DNA of 64,000 nucleotides from positions 62,001 through 126,000 of the forward strand of contig CBFFRP010000338.1 of the NCBI GenBank assembly GCA_965644295.1, given 5' to 3'. The stretch comes from Paraphysomonas bandaiensis (lineage: Eukaryota > Protista > Chrysophyceae). Below are positions 10,305 through 21,388 of this stretch, piece by piece. The stretch's first letter is position 1. Each line of letters opens with the position of its first letter. Under the pieces are notes generated by a model. The model did not search any database. It was not told the DNA's origin and saw nothing but the letters and a program-made list of their open reading frames with translations. A program made the translations under genes and the position numbers.

Positions 10305-11980
10305 ATGTTTCCGAGATTATCGAGATCGAGAAGAAAGTTGAAAACGACAGATATGTATCTTCTCCACACATGCCACCCAGATGTTATCCATGGGTCACCG
10401 GAGAGTGAAGATGACGCTGTTAAACGTACAACTAGAAATAGTATGTCGTGGGCAGATCGTGAGAGCATATTGCTGTTACTGGTGTTGTATACACTTCAAG
10501 GTTTGAGCGCTATGTTCCTCTACGTAAGATATTGTGATGCTATAATTTAATTTTAGGAATTCCATTGGGACTAAGTGGAAGTATCCCTATTATAATGAAA
10601 GAAAATGGAGCTACTTACGATCAACTGTCTGTATTCAGCTTAGTGTCTCTTCCATTCTCATTGAAATTGCTTTGGGCCCCACTCGTCGACACCCTATATA
10701 TACCTTCCGTAGGTCGTCGTAAAACATGGCTTATCCCGGTTCAACTGTTATGCGGTATAGTCATGTTGTTTGGATCGTACCGAATAGGCAGTTGGATTAG
10801 CGATACCAGAACTCATGAAGATACGTCGGGGCCTGATAGCTCATCCCTGACTGTATTTTTTCTCTTTCTATACATTCTGATGGCGACGCAAGATATTGCT
10901 GTAGATGGTTGGGCTCTCACGATGTTATCTCGAGAGAATATTGGTTATGCTTCTACCTGTAATGCTGTTGGTCAGGTATTAGGCTATTTTTTGGCTAATC
11001 AAGGATTTATAATTCTCAGTGACCGTGGGTGGTGCCAGCGCCACCTCGGTATGAATTCCTCTTTGGTTGACTTGTCATCGTTTGTTCATTTCTGGGGGGT
11101 TATATTTATTGTTGTTACGGTAGTGGTGTGGATAGGGAAAAAGGAAGTTGCTCTGGAGTCTGCGCGTGACCATCCAGAGAGCATACATGATACATACTCC
11201 CACATTATCTCCATATTCCGCCTTAAAACAGTACAAGTACTTGTCCTTGTATTGCTTTCTGCGCGAATACCATTTGGTCCTTCGGATGGAGTCTCAATGT
11301 TTAAGTTTCAAGAGTACGGAATGCCAAAAGCGGATATTGCGTCGGTGTCTCCGTTTTTGCTAGTTCTAAGTCTTGTTTTACCGGCGTTTATTAGCCCTTA
11401 CACGAACCAACAAGCAATGATGATCTATATGCTCGGACTAGTTCTCAAATTCGTGACATCGTTGCTAATTTGGTGCATCTTTCAGCTTGCAGTGATTGAA
11501 TATGATACTACTTCGGAGAACACTTCCACTTCTTTTTATATGCTATTCATCATAGTTTTAAGTTTGAATGAAATTGCTAGCAACATGGCCTTTGGAGCTC
11601 AGATGGCATTTTTTGCGAAAGTGTCTGACCCGTCAATTGGAGGGACCTATATGACTCTCTTGAACACTGTTTCTAATCTTGGATCGAAATGGCCTAACGT
11701 TATATCGCTGTGGTTAGTCCCGAAGCTCACGTACTATGAATGCACTGGACCAATGCACTACTTTTGTTGGAATTGTGGCGATTCGTTATCTAGTTGTCTA
11801 AATGAAGGAGGCTCGTTCCACGTATACCTTGATGGCTATACGGTTTTGCAATTTGTCTGTGGAGTGTTAGGTTTATTTTGGCTGATATTTTTTCACCGAA
11901 GGATATCTGCTTTAGACTTGACTTCTAGTCAGGAATGGCTTACGACTTCCACAGTTCGTGATGCACATAAAATAGTTTAG
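10305..11980 (+). CDS. SLC33A1: Acetyl-CoA transporter 1 (AT-1, AmpG-like MFS); start codon uncertain (10305 or 10353)
   Basis: LLLVLYTLQG|IPLGL across an intron at about 10501-10557, plus PFSLKLLWAPLVD, GRRKTWLIPVQ, ATQDIAVDGWALTML and DPSIGGTYMTLLNTVSNLG. Confidence 0.95.
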
Positions 11981-12529
11981 GAGTAGGATTTTCACATTCC
12001 AAGGATATGCTTAATAGAGTGACATATGACGCTAATTTAATAAGGTATTCTGTTGTCATTTTATTAGAGACTTATGACGAGGTAACAGAACTGAATGTTG
12101 TTTTGTTTAAGATGCGTTCTAAACGCAGTGGAATTCGAGTAATGAATAATGTGGTCAAAAGAGGATTGAATAAGCACTGTAACTTAAACACTTAAACGTT
12201 GAAGTTTATTAAAGCTAAGATTTTATGTTTGATATTTGATATCTCTAGTCTTGAATGGCTATCATTTTTTTACCTTCCAAAAGACATCCTTGACAGAGGT
12301 TTTGCCCTTGTTATTTCCTTTACATATTATTTATATACTTATAAATAATTCTATAAATAATTACTTTATATAATAAAAAATTAAGGGATAACATTTACAC
12401 CCAGTTGGCGTAATAGAAAAATATGAAGAAGAGATGCCTCCTTCAGGGAGGATTGGAGGGTGAAAAAGTGATCGCCTCCTCCCGCTTCATTTATCATTTT
12501 AGCAAAATAAAGGTGTGTGGGTGAATTCT

Positions 12530-12965
12530 ACAATATTAATTACTTTGCGAAATACTATTCAATATTTGGATATAGGTAGAAGATAGAAGTGTTACTAAGT
12601 GTCGAAGTTTGATAGTGCTACTAAGAGTGAAGTGAAGTAAGTGTTACTAAGTGTATCAGTTATCAGTTGTAATATTGATTTGTAATATTACAGTACGATT
12701 TGTAATAGTGAACATGAAAAGATTTTCGTTGCAGGTAGTCATCATAATTGTTCGATGTTATTACAGTAGATGAGTTATGTGATTATGACGAGTCGTTTAT
12801 GATTAATCAAGTATGTTTTCTAAAACACACTAGCATGAAGCATGAGCAATATATATCAATATATTGCAATATATTGCGATGACAAATTTTGCTAAAATAA
12901 TAATCAATATATTGTAGCAAGCAAAAATATATAATTGCAATCCAATATATTTTTGACTGGCCCTG
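12530..12965. mobile_element. Probable non-autonomous hAT remnant (right end)
   Basis: Repeated CAATATATTG subterminal palindromes end in GGCCCTG, the reverse complement of the CAGGG.. hAT ends at 21389, 21492 and 25000. The left boundary is uncertain. Confidence 0.4.
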
Positions 12966-13540
12966 ATCAGTTCTGTTCAGAGTATTTCTACGTGCTACAG
13001 TATTAATGACATTAACCCCATAAAGCACAACATCAGAGTTAATAGCTGTACATGATTGTACTCTATTGTATTATGATTTATGATTTTACTTCAAGCATAT
13101 TTAATATGTATCTAGATTCCGGATGTCCTTGTCATTATTGGCTGAAAGAGTTATTAGGCTTACATCAAAGTTCACTACTTTACCTTACTACTGTAAATAC
13201 AAACCTGGTGACTACTGTGTTATTCACTCGACATTCGGGCAGCTTAACTACAGATTACGATGTTATTGTTTGTAAGATTCACATTACTTGCGTTGGGAAT
13301 CGTTGTATACATGGTGTTCGTCAGCTACATTTCTTTCGTTTCGACATAAATTATGTAGACGACAAGACATTTACTATTCCAGAGCTCTTAAACAATGGGC
13401 GCTACGGTCATACAAACGCAACGGCACAAGCATTGAACAAGAATTCTCAGAGGTATAAGAGAGTAAGTGACGAGTGCTATAGAGTAATATTATAAAACAG
13501 AGGGCGTGCATATAACAAGCAAACTATCCCTAAAATTTAT

Positions 13541-13873
13541 CTAATATATGTATACGAGTGCGTAGGTCATTGTCCAAAAAAGAATAAATGATAAACCATT
13601 CTTCTGAAGGTCACTAACCAGAAAAGAAATTACCGAGCAGTTCATATATTGTTTAAAGTCGAAGCCCATTTTCAAGGAGAGCGCAAACGCAACCGCAGCA
13701 TAGACAATCACGAAACTTATCAACCCCTGAAGCCCAGTGTGCCCTAACACTCCTGCGACAATACCGCCAATGATGCAAATGAAAGTACGAGCGATATCCA
13801 CTTGTTTCATGTTTTGCTGCAGATTCTCAACTGAAACGCGATTAGCATCTTCTTCAGACACCGGTTGCTGCAT
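13541..13873 (-). CDS. EMC6: ER membrane protein complex subunit 6
   Basis: 110 aa with N..N...RTFICIIGGIVAGVLG and the C-terminal SFILFWTMTYALVYIY signature of the Rab5ip/EMC6 family. Confidence 0.93.
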   Translation of the reverse strand: MQQPVSEEDANRVSVENLQQNMKQVDIARTFICIIGGIVAGVLGHTGLQGLISFVIVYAAVAFALSLKMGFDFKQYMNCSVISFLVSDLQKNGLSFILFWTMTYALVYIY

Positions 13874-14200
13874 ACTTTTAGATGGAAATGTAAGTTAAGC
13901 TGGTAATAAGTGTTGCTGGGCTGGTATTATTATTGATAGCGCACCATATACATGACGGCACGAATGAAAGCACGGAGTAGAGTACAGCAGAGTACAGCAA
14001 TAGTTGTATTATATCAGTCACTGTATTCAGACGTATTCCTATTAAGTATTCCAACATATTTTAGAATACCGTATTGTAGACACAGTTTGGCAGATAGTCG
14101 TACAGTTAGCTCTGATTATGTGAATGACAACACAACGTAGAGCACCGCACACGCAGGTTATATATCACTTACTATACATAGTGTGCGACCACCTGTAGGA

Positions 14201-15231
14201 ATGATTCGCACTTTAGTTCTCTGTCTTACGACTCTCGCCTTGTTTTCAAGCGTGTGTTTAGCGGATAAATTCGATAGATTAGATGCCAATCACGATGGTT
14301 TTTTGGACAGAAATGAGTACAGTACACTGGCCCACGAATTACGAGGTGCAGTAGAGCCCTTTATAACAGTTGATGGAATGGAAATAAAGGAGAACGTTAT
14401 TTCGGGAGGAACGTCATCAGGCTGGACAAGCACTGTGGCTGAAGACTTTGTCTCTGGCGTTCTCAACTCTCTTGTTGTCATCATTGTCACCGAAATTGGC
14501 GACAAAACTTTTTTCATTGCTGCTGTTTTAGCGATGCGCAATGGTAGAATGGTTGTTTATCTAGGGTGTATGGGTAAGATTGTATTTCTTTTTTCGTAGT
14601 GGTGTGATAGCCATTGTCTTTCAGTTGCTCTTGCTGCAATGCACGTTTTATCATGCCTGATGGGCTACGCGCTTCCTGCTCTTCTACCCAAAGTGTACAC
14701 ACATTATGCAAGCGCGGTAAGATAAAAATATTGTTGTCGAGTGTATAACGATATGGATATACGCAGCTTCTTTTTCTCTATTTTGGATTTCGGTTGTTGA
14801 AGGACGCACATGAGTTGGGCGACGGGCCGTCGGAGGAATTGCAGGAAGTGGAGGAAGAATTAATTGAAAAGAAGGATGCCAGTAGAATGACAAGTGATGA
14901 TCTTGAAGACAACAAACCCCCCGAAAGTGCTACAGGAGCATATGCTGGAGCTTTGAAGAGTGAACATTTGAAAGTTTTCACCCAGGCACTGACCTTGACT
15001 TTTCTTGCGGAGTGGGGTGATCGGTCACAAATTGCTACCATCGCCTTGGCTTCATCAAAGAATCCGTTTGGAGTTATTGTGGGTGGACTTGTGGGTCACG
15101 CTCTTTGTACAGGAGTGGCTGTACTAGGTGGACGAATGTTGGCGGCGCGCATATCTGAGAGAACTGTGCACTTTGTGGGGGGTATTTTGTTCTTGGTGTG
15201 CGCTCTCCACTCATTTATTGTGGGCCCCTGA
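14201..15231 (+). CDS. GDT1: GDT1/TMEM165 (UPF0016) Ca2+/Mn2+ antiporter with signal peptide and N-terminal EF-hand; 3 exons
   Basis: Two family motifs, EIGDKTF and EWGDRSQ, and an acidic central loop. Introns at about 14573-14624 and 14717-14767. Confidence 0.93.
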
Positions 15232-15679
15232 AGAAACTGCAATGGATGGTTCATCAATGTTGATGTAATATTATGTTGCAATTCTCGAGTGTGTAGTTTA
15301 ATGGTATTCGATTGTTCGTTGGCGGAAATGTATTGACTGCACACATGAATGTTTACACGCTTCGGCTGAATCTTTAGTGAAAACGTGTGGATATAATCTT
15401 ATCATTATTCCTACATTAATTTAAATTGCACGAATACTCAGAAAGGAAGTATCATACCTTTTTTGTAGTTGTTTTGTCGCGTTAAAAATCCACTAGCTAC
15501 ATATATAATATATATATATATACAAAATCGGGAGCCCGATATCTGATATGGCTCACAATTATCATATAATACAGATTTCTCACTTTAATTCCTGTTATAC
15601 TTTGTTATGGCGAACTATTGTAAGCGAGGAACATATTTAGCCTTGTAAAGGTGTTACAAGTCCTTGGGTCTTGACGACT

Positions 15680-15765
15680 AAACAGGTATCCGATGTATTG
15701 GGCTGCCTGCTGGCCTGCTGCATGCTGCAGTCAAGTATCCGGGCTGTTCACCTTCAGGGTTTGTA
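15680..15765 (+). repeat. Dispersed repeat block shared with 16513-16610 and 25371-25470
   Basis: GTATTGG..GCCTGCT..GTCAAG.ATC.GGGCTGTT(C)ACCTTCAGG is recognisable in three places. Confidence 0.7.
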
Positions 15766-16512
15766 GAGTTCTGCAATATGATGTGATACATATTGTGCAA
15801 TTGAGGTGATTTAATAGTGTGCAATAGGTGAAGTCAACTCATAGGTGTAACGGGTGATTACAGTTACAAAGGAATTAAATTCAGTTACTGATGTGTGACT
15901 ATACAAGATATAGAACTGACTGATGAACATATGATAAACAGATGTTTTATAAGATGTTACACGAATATGTAGCTAAGTGTTCAGAATAATAATTATAATT
16001 TCATACTTGAAAGTGCATTGTGTTCAACATAGCAAGGTAGAGAAAAGTTAACTTCAGTGAAATGTCCAACTCTAAAAGGGTTCAAAATCCTGAATTCAGC
16101 AGATGTCCTAAAATACTAATTCAGTAAATTGATGTTGTGACTACTGTATAATAATATAAGTAAAATAACTATACTAAGTAATCACAGGACTCACCTAATT
16201 AAAATTATTATAGTTATTTCCATCATCCATTGCAACTTGCAACTACGCTTCCGCCATTTAATATTATATGAATACTACTAAATAGTCACGATCTTATTCA
16301 CTCTCTATATTTCAGGTAATCTAACACATGTAACGACAGCTCATAGATCTAGTACAGAATTTAATTACCGTATTCATATCTATCGCTCATAGACCAAAAT
16401 TCTATAAATCACAGCTTCTAATATCCTCAACAGTAAAAATTAGTTTGAAGTTCAAGTTTATGGTTTAAGTCTATAAATACAAGTTGAAACACCCTTTAAG
16501 TTCCTATTAAAA

Positions 16513-16610
16513 GCGTCTGGGAATGGGCCCACCTCAAGAGCATCCGGTGTATTGGACTGCCTACTGAAGACAATCAAGCGGACTGTTTACCTTCAGGACG
16601 GAGAGCGTGA
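16513..16610 (+). repeat. Dispersed repeat block shared with 15680-15765 and 25371-25470
   Basis: GGGAAT.G.CCCACCTCAAG.GCATC.GG.GTATTGG...ACCTTCAGGAC.GAGAGC matches 25383-25470. Confidence 0.75.
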
Positions 16611-16968
16611 ATAGATTTCCGAATAATTATGCTGACTTTCATAACAATGACTTTTATTTTAGCCCTCATCCCTCAGAATAATTAGGGTTATGTAGACTAT
16701 CATAGGCTTTGCTAGGCACCACGCGATATTGTAAGTACAAATTGTTTATTATAACACTTTTTCTTGATATTATGACGGCAATATTAAATACATAAGCAAT
16801 GTCCTGTGATTATAGTCTGATTATACAATTGCGAGCGGGCTACTATTCACCAGTTTTGTTCTCAATAGTATAATGAGATTAATTACAATATGAAATGAAT
16901 ATGGAACCATTCTACGTATACGCCATCCACTGACACATGAAGCACATCCAGCCACATCAAGAAATAGG

Positions 16969-18431
16969 TTAATTGTACACCATATACTTTGGAGTGGAAG
17001 AGAACTTCTGATAGCCTTTAATAACCTAAAATACTACGGTTAGGAGGATTGATTCGACATACAGGGAGTGTCACCTTGTTGATGGAGTCCAGAAAGTCCT
17101 TCTCAGACACGCTTTTCCTACGAGCTCTGATGGCAAACATGCCAGCTTCTGTGCACACAGACCGCAGTTCAGCACCTACGATACGACGTAAATATCATGA
17201 CTGGTCGTCTACTTTTACGTGAGTGGAATACCTGTGGTGTTCGGACAAAGTCGGGCGAGTAACTCATAACGTATATCGCGATCGACACTCATCACCTTGG
17301 CATGTATACGGAGGATATGTGTCCGTCCTTCCAAGTCTGGCAACCCAAACTCCACCTTTCGGTCTAATCTACCAGGGCGCAAAAGAGCAGGATCAAGAGT
17401 ATCCGGTCGATTGGTAGCCATTAACACCTTGATATTTCCCCTCGAGTCGAAACCGTCCAGCTCGGTAACAATCTGAAGCATTGTACGCTGAACCTCGTTA
17501 TCCGAGTTATTATCGTCACCACCACTGCGGGCGCCTCCAATGGCATCCACCTCGTCAAAGAATATGATACAATTTTTTTTCGACCTTGCTAAAGAAAATA
17601 GCTCACGAACCATACGAGCACCTTCTCCAACATACCGTTGGACCAGTTCGCTCCCGATGACGCGGATAAAGGTAGCATCAGTGCGGTTCGCCACAGCACG
17701 GGCAGAGAGAGTCTTACCAGTACCAGGCGGACCGTACAATAGCACGCCCTTCGGTGGGTCTATGCCCAGAGTCACAAATCTCTCAGGGTGGAGAAGAGGG
17801 ATTTCCACCACCTCACGGAGTTGCTCCAATGCCTTCTTACATCCGCCAACATCATCGTATGTCACATCTGGTTTCTCCTCGACTTCCATTAACGATACTG
17901 TAGGGTCAATCTTCGGAGGTAAAGGTATTTGAATAGCATATTTTGTGCGATCAACGCCCACACGCATCCCTTCTTCGATATCCGTCGGTGAGACTTTCTC
18001 CCCTAACCCAACAACAAATTTTGCAATCTGACGAATATTTATTAAATATTTGGGGTCTTCATTTCCAATATTCACAATTTTAGTACACCTCGCCACTTGA
18101 AGCGGCTGTTCCTCCTGCATCATCTGTTTGTCTGAGACTAAGTCCCATTGCGACGGAAGAGATAGTCCCGTGTCACTCTCTTTAATCCCTATGAGCTCCT
18201 TTACTGTCTCCTGATGCTGTTTAATATCTGCCTCCACAGATTTGATTGCTACTGTATACGGACCCAGCCCATACGTCTTGAGCAGTGCAATATCCCCTAC
18301 ACACATACGAACACTTAACATGCATATATCATCGCACATAGAGATGCACCTTCATCCAGAGCTACCACTGGCTTATCATCATCCTCATCTTCATAGTTCT
18401 TTGTATTCTTCGTTTGACACTCCCCTGTCAT
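16969..18431 (-). CDS. PSMC2: 26S proteasome AAA-ATPase subunit RPT1 (regulatory subunit 7); 4 exons
   Basis: [37 protein letters not shown] and [14 protein letters not shown]. The spliced N-terminus reads MTGECQT..LDEG|DIALLKTYG and the C-terminus [18 protein letters not shown]. Confidence 0.97.
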
Positions 18432-18544
18432 GGTGATGCGTTGCTAATATAACTCCACTGACAGGTGTATGTATGCATGCATGTATGTACGTATATATGA
18501 GCTGTTCCGGAAATAGTAATGAGAATATGCATGACAAATACCAC

Positions 18545-18560
18545 GGTATACGGCGGTATA
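18545..18560. promoter_or_regulatory. Candidate promoter motif GGTATACGGCGGTATA between divergent RPT1 and ARMC9-like genes
   Basis: Identical to 6463-6478. Confidence 0.4.
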
Positions 18561-18875
18561 GGTGACGGTATATACTCATCGATGTATACAGTTGTAGTCC
18601 CTAATACTGTGCTCCACACCTACAAAAAATATCATAAAAAATTCTGTCTCACAGTTACCGTTTCAAGAGTGCGCAGGCTGGAGCAGAGAGAGCAGAGGAG
18701 GCTGCCACAGTATAAAATCAGCAACATTAAACAGCGTGCGCATGTAATGAAATGAATCCAATTAACGATGTAGTAAATAAAATTTTCTATTTACAAATGA
18801 ATGTAGTACTATAATTCATATCTCTCCTAGCTACCTACAAGAAGAACTTAAAGTATTAAGGAAGCTTCTGGTATT

Positions 18876-21224
18876 ATGGATTTAGAGACAGTGGATCAGC
18901 TCGTAGAGGATTATTTGAAGTATCGCAACTATCGCGAGAGTTATCAGGCGATGAAGTTAGAGAGAAAAGCCAGCTCAGAGATCCGAACCACGGACTCTAA
19001 TAATAAAGATATAACAGATAGAATAATGCATGCTCTTGAGAAGTGTGAGAGCCTACGGTTACTGACTCTATGGGATACTCATATCATTCAGACGTTGCAT
19101 GTTCACCCTCCTGAAACGGTCGCTGCTGCCCGAGTTGCTGAGTTTTATCTTCACTTGTGTTGTGCGACACACCCTTTTCGAGACGATACGCTACGAACAA
19201 TCAACTCACCCGCAGAAGCTGCTAAGTATGCAGCTCGCAGTATGACTGTGTTTAAGAACTTCACTGAGACTAGAGGCAAGAGACTCCTCAAGACACCTGA
19301 GTTTCAAGGATTTAAAAATTTGCATAAAATTGCTTTTCCACCTACGCACCCAACATACTCGTATATGTTTAGACCCGAGTGGCAAAAGATGGCTAAAGCT
19401 CGGGTTGCAGCTTTTTTAGAAGCCTATTTCAAAGAGCAGCAATCCCCTGTTCTATACTCACTTTTGACCAAGGCGGCTGAAAACCAAGCGTCTGCTGTTG
19501 CAACACGTGAAGAAGAAATTAGATCGGTTTTTAAAAAGAGAGAAGAGAAGTTATTAGACTTTTCCAGGAGCATATATGCTATATCGAACGACTTGTTAAA
19601 TGCCATTGACGAAGGTGGCGAAATCGACAAGGATTTCTTGTATCGATTTCGACTGAAGTTTGATGAGTTCCATGAAGTACTTGGGTCAGAGCCCCCAAGA
19701 CCTTCTCCAGGTGTTCGCCGTAAGCGCAGGGGGCGTAGGGGAAAGAAGCACGGCGACAAGGAGCCCCACTTTAACGATCTTGACTACTCAGTCATCAGCC
19801 ATGAGCTATCTTCCATGGTCGGAGAAGTGGAAACGGAATTGGCTTCTTTATCCAATCCCAACAAAAGACTGAGCTGTATAGATGTGGAAATGGCGATGCA
19901 GTCTGCTATGCAGGGTAGTTCAATATATAATGCTATGCGGGAGTTTATGACGCGAGAACGAGATGACTCAGCCGTACCAGGGGATGATGGACAACTTGTG
20001 AGTACCCCAGAAGGTGTCACTGCAACTCGTAGGAATGCTGCCCGACGATTTATTGAGCAGGATATATTTGATCTCAGACATAGTGGAGGGCTCACTCGGG
20101 ATCATTTGGCATCTGGTGATCAGTTAGACAGAAGCAATGCAGCCCCAGCCAGCTATGTAACCACTTTCCTTACCGCATTCTCCAAGAATGCTGCTAGTCT
20201 CTGCACACATCCCTATAACAAAGACATGGCGAGCCCACCAATGGGCCAGTCCGTAACTGGGAACATGGAAAATCACTATGGAGAGCTATTTGAGGCATCA
20301 TGTGCTCTGGCATTTAACATGTGTCGTATGCTCGCAACTATTAGTCTCACCCTACCACTGAAAGAAATCCAGGAGGCATCGGAGAAGAATGACCTTGGAC
20401 CTGGGCTCCACGCCGTGTACTCATGTGTTGCTGATACGCTGATGTCTCTTCCGGCTGTATCGGAGGACCATGCTATTGTCGACTCGGCGCGAAAACTGAT
20501 GTTGATTCTGCTAATCACGTTGAGCCATGATAGGAAGCACAAGTTAACAGCTATCAAGAGGGGGTGCGTGGAGTGGGCGTGCAAGTTCATAGAGAACCGG
20601 AATAGTTCTGCGGATAGTCCGACCACTAGTGATGATGGTGTGCTGTTTTTGCTGTGTGTGTGTTTGGTGTGCTGTGTAGTTGAGAACCCTGAAGCTCGCC
20701 GCGCCGTGGTAGCTTCGAAGAAAACAGAATCCGCGTGTCGAAGTGTCCTGCCGGCACTGGTTACTGTCATCGCAGGAGAAGATAAAATCGAGGTTGGGCC
20801 TTATCAAAGTACTCTCCGTCAACTGTGCTTGCGTTTCATTTGTGCTCTCTTGACCGAAAGGGCAGTTCGTGAAGCTCTTTTTAGTGAGGGAGGAGATATG
20901 AAGGAATCCTTACAGTCCGCCTTGCAACCCTTTCTGGATGATGTGGAAATTTCCAAAGAACACTCCTTGGCGAGTGATATTTTAAGTTTAGTCGATGGGT
21001 CTGCAGATAAAAGTACATGTGTTTTTCCTAGCGTTACGGAATCTGCTGATTTCATGGATAATTTGTTTTGGCATACTCTATTGAACCTTCCTGAAGATGT
21101 TCACTCGATGGAATACAGGGAGTCACACCCAAAAGAATCCGGTTTGGCGCTGCTAGTGAATTACACCAAGTCGTATATTGAAGAGCATGGCAACCTTTAC
21201 GAAGCAACCGGCGAAGATGTATGA
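18876..21224 (+). CDS. ARMC9: LisH-domain ARMC9-like protein (ciliary)
   Basis: N-terminal LisH (DQLVEDYLKYRNY). EFYLH, FKNFTETRGK and PPTHPTYSYMFRPEW resemble ARMC9 FKTYLETKG..PNP..HPSFKELF..W. The C-terminal region is helical and ARM-like. Confidence 0.72.
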   Translation: MDLETVDQLVEDYLKYRNYRESYQAMKLERKASSEIRTTDSNNKDITDRIMHALEKCESLRLLTLWDTHIIQTLHVHPPETVAAARVAEFYLHLCCATHPFRDDTLRTINSPAEAAKYAARSMTVFKNFTETRGKRLLKTPEFQGFKNLHKIAFPPTHPTYSYMFRPEWQKMAKARVAAFLEAYFKEQQSPVLYSLLTKAAENQASAVATREEEIRSVFKKREEKLLDFSRSIYAISNDLLNAIDEGGEIDKDFLYRFRLKFDEFHEVLGSEPPRPSPGVRRKRRGRRGKKHGDKEPHFNDLDYSVISHELSSMVGEVETELASLSNPNKRLSCIDVEMAMQSAMQGSSIYNAMREFMTRERDDSAVPGDDGQLVSTPEGVTATRRNAARRFIEQDIFDLRHSGGLTRDHLASGDQLDRSNAAPASYVTTFLTAFSKNAASLCTHPYNKDMASPPMGQSVTGNMENHYGELFEASCALAFNMCRMLATISLTLPLKEIQEASEKNDLGPGLHAVYSCVADTLMSLPAVSEDHAIVDSARKLMLILLITLSHDRKHKLTAIKRGCVEWACKFIENRNSSADSPTTSDDGVLFLLCVCLVCCVVENPEARRAVVASKKTESACRSVLPALVTVIAGEDKIEVGPYQSTLRQLCLRFICALLTERAVREALFSEGGDMKESLQSALQPFLDDVEISKEHSLASDILSLVDGSADKSTCVFPSVTESADFMDNLFWHTLLNLPEDVHSMEYRESHPKESGLALLVNYTKSYIEEHGNLYEATGEDV

Positions 21225-21388
21225 AATATTGTGAAAGTTGGCCGAGTTGTGTTTAGGAAATAATAATGATATGTGTAATGGATTCTTCTTTGGTACGACT
21301 GTTCATATTAGAGTTATAGGTAGAGGCATGGGGCACGATGTAGTGGTACATAATACATAGTACACTAAGCCATAATACATATCGCACG

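Noticed and set aside
13052-13495. 147-aa plus-strand ORF
   Set aside because: No recognisable motifs; it lies antisense in the probable EMC6 3' region.
17540-20822. Antisense and overlapping ORFs within RPT1 and ARMC9-like (likewise in SZT2, Kv, eIF5A)
   Set aside because: Shadow ORFs of real coding sequence.
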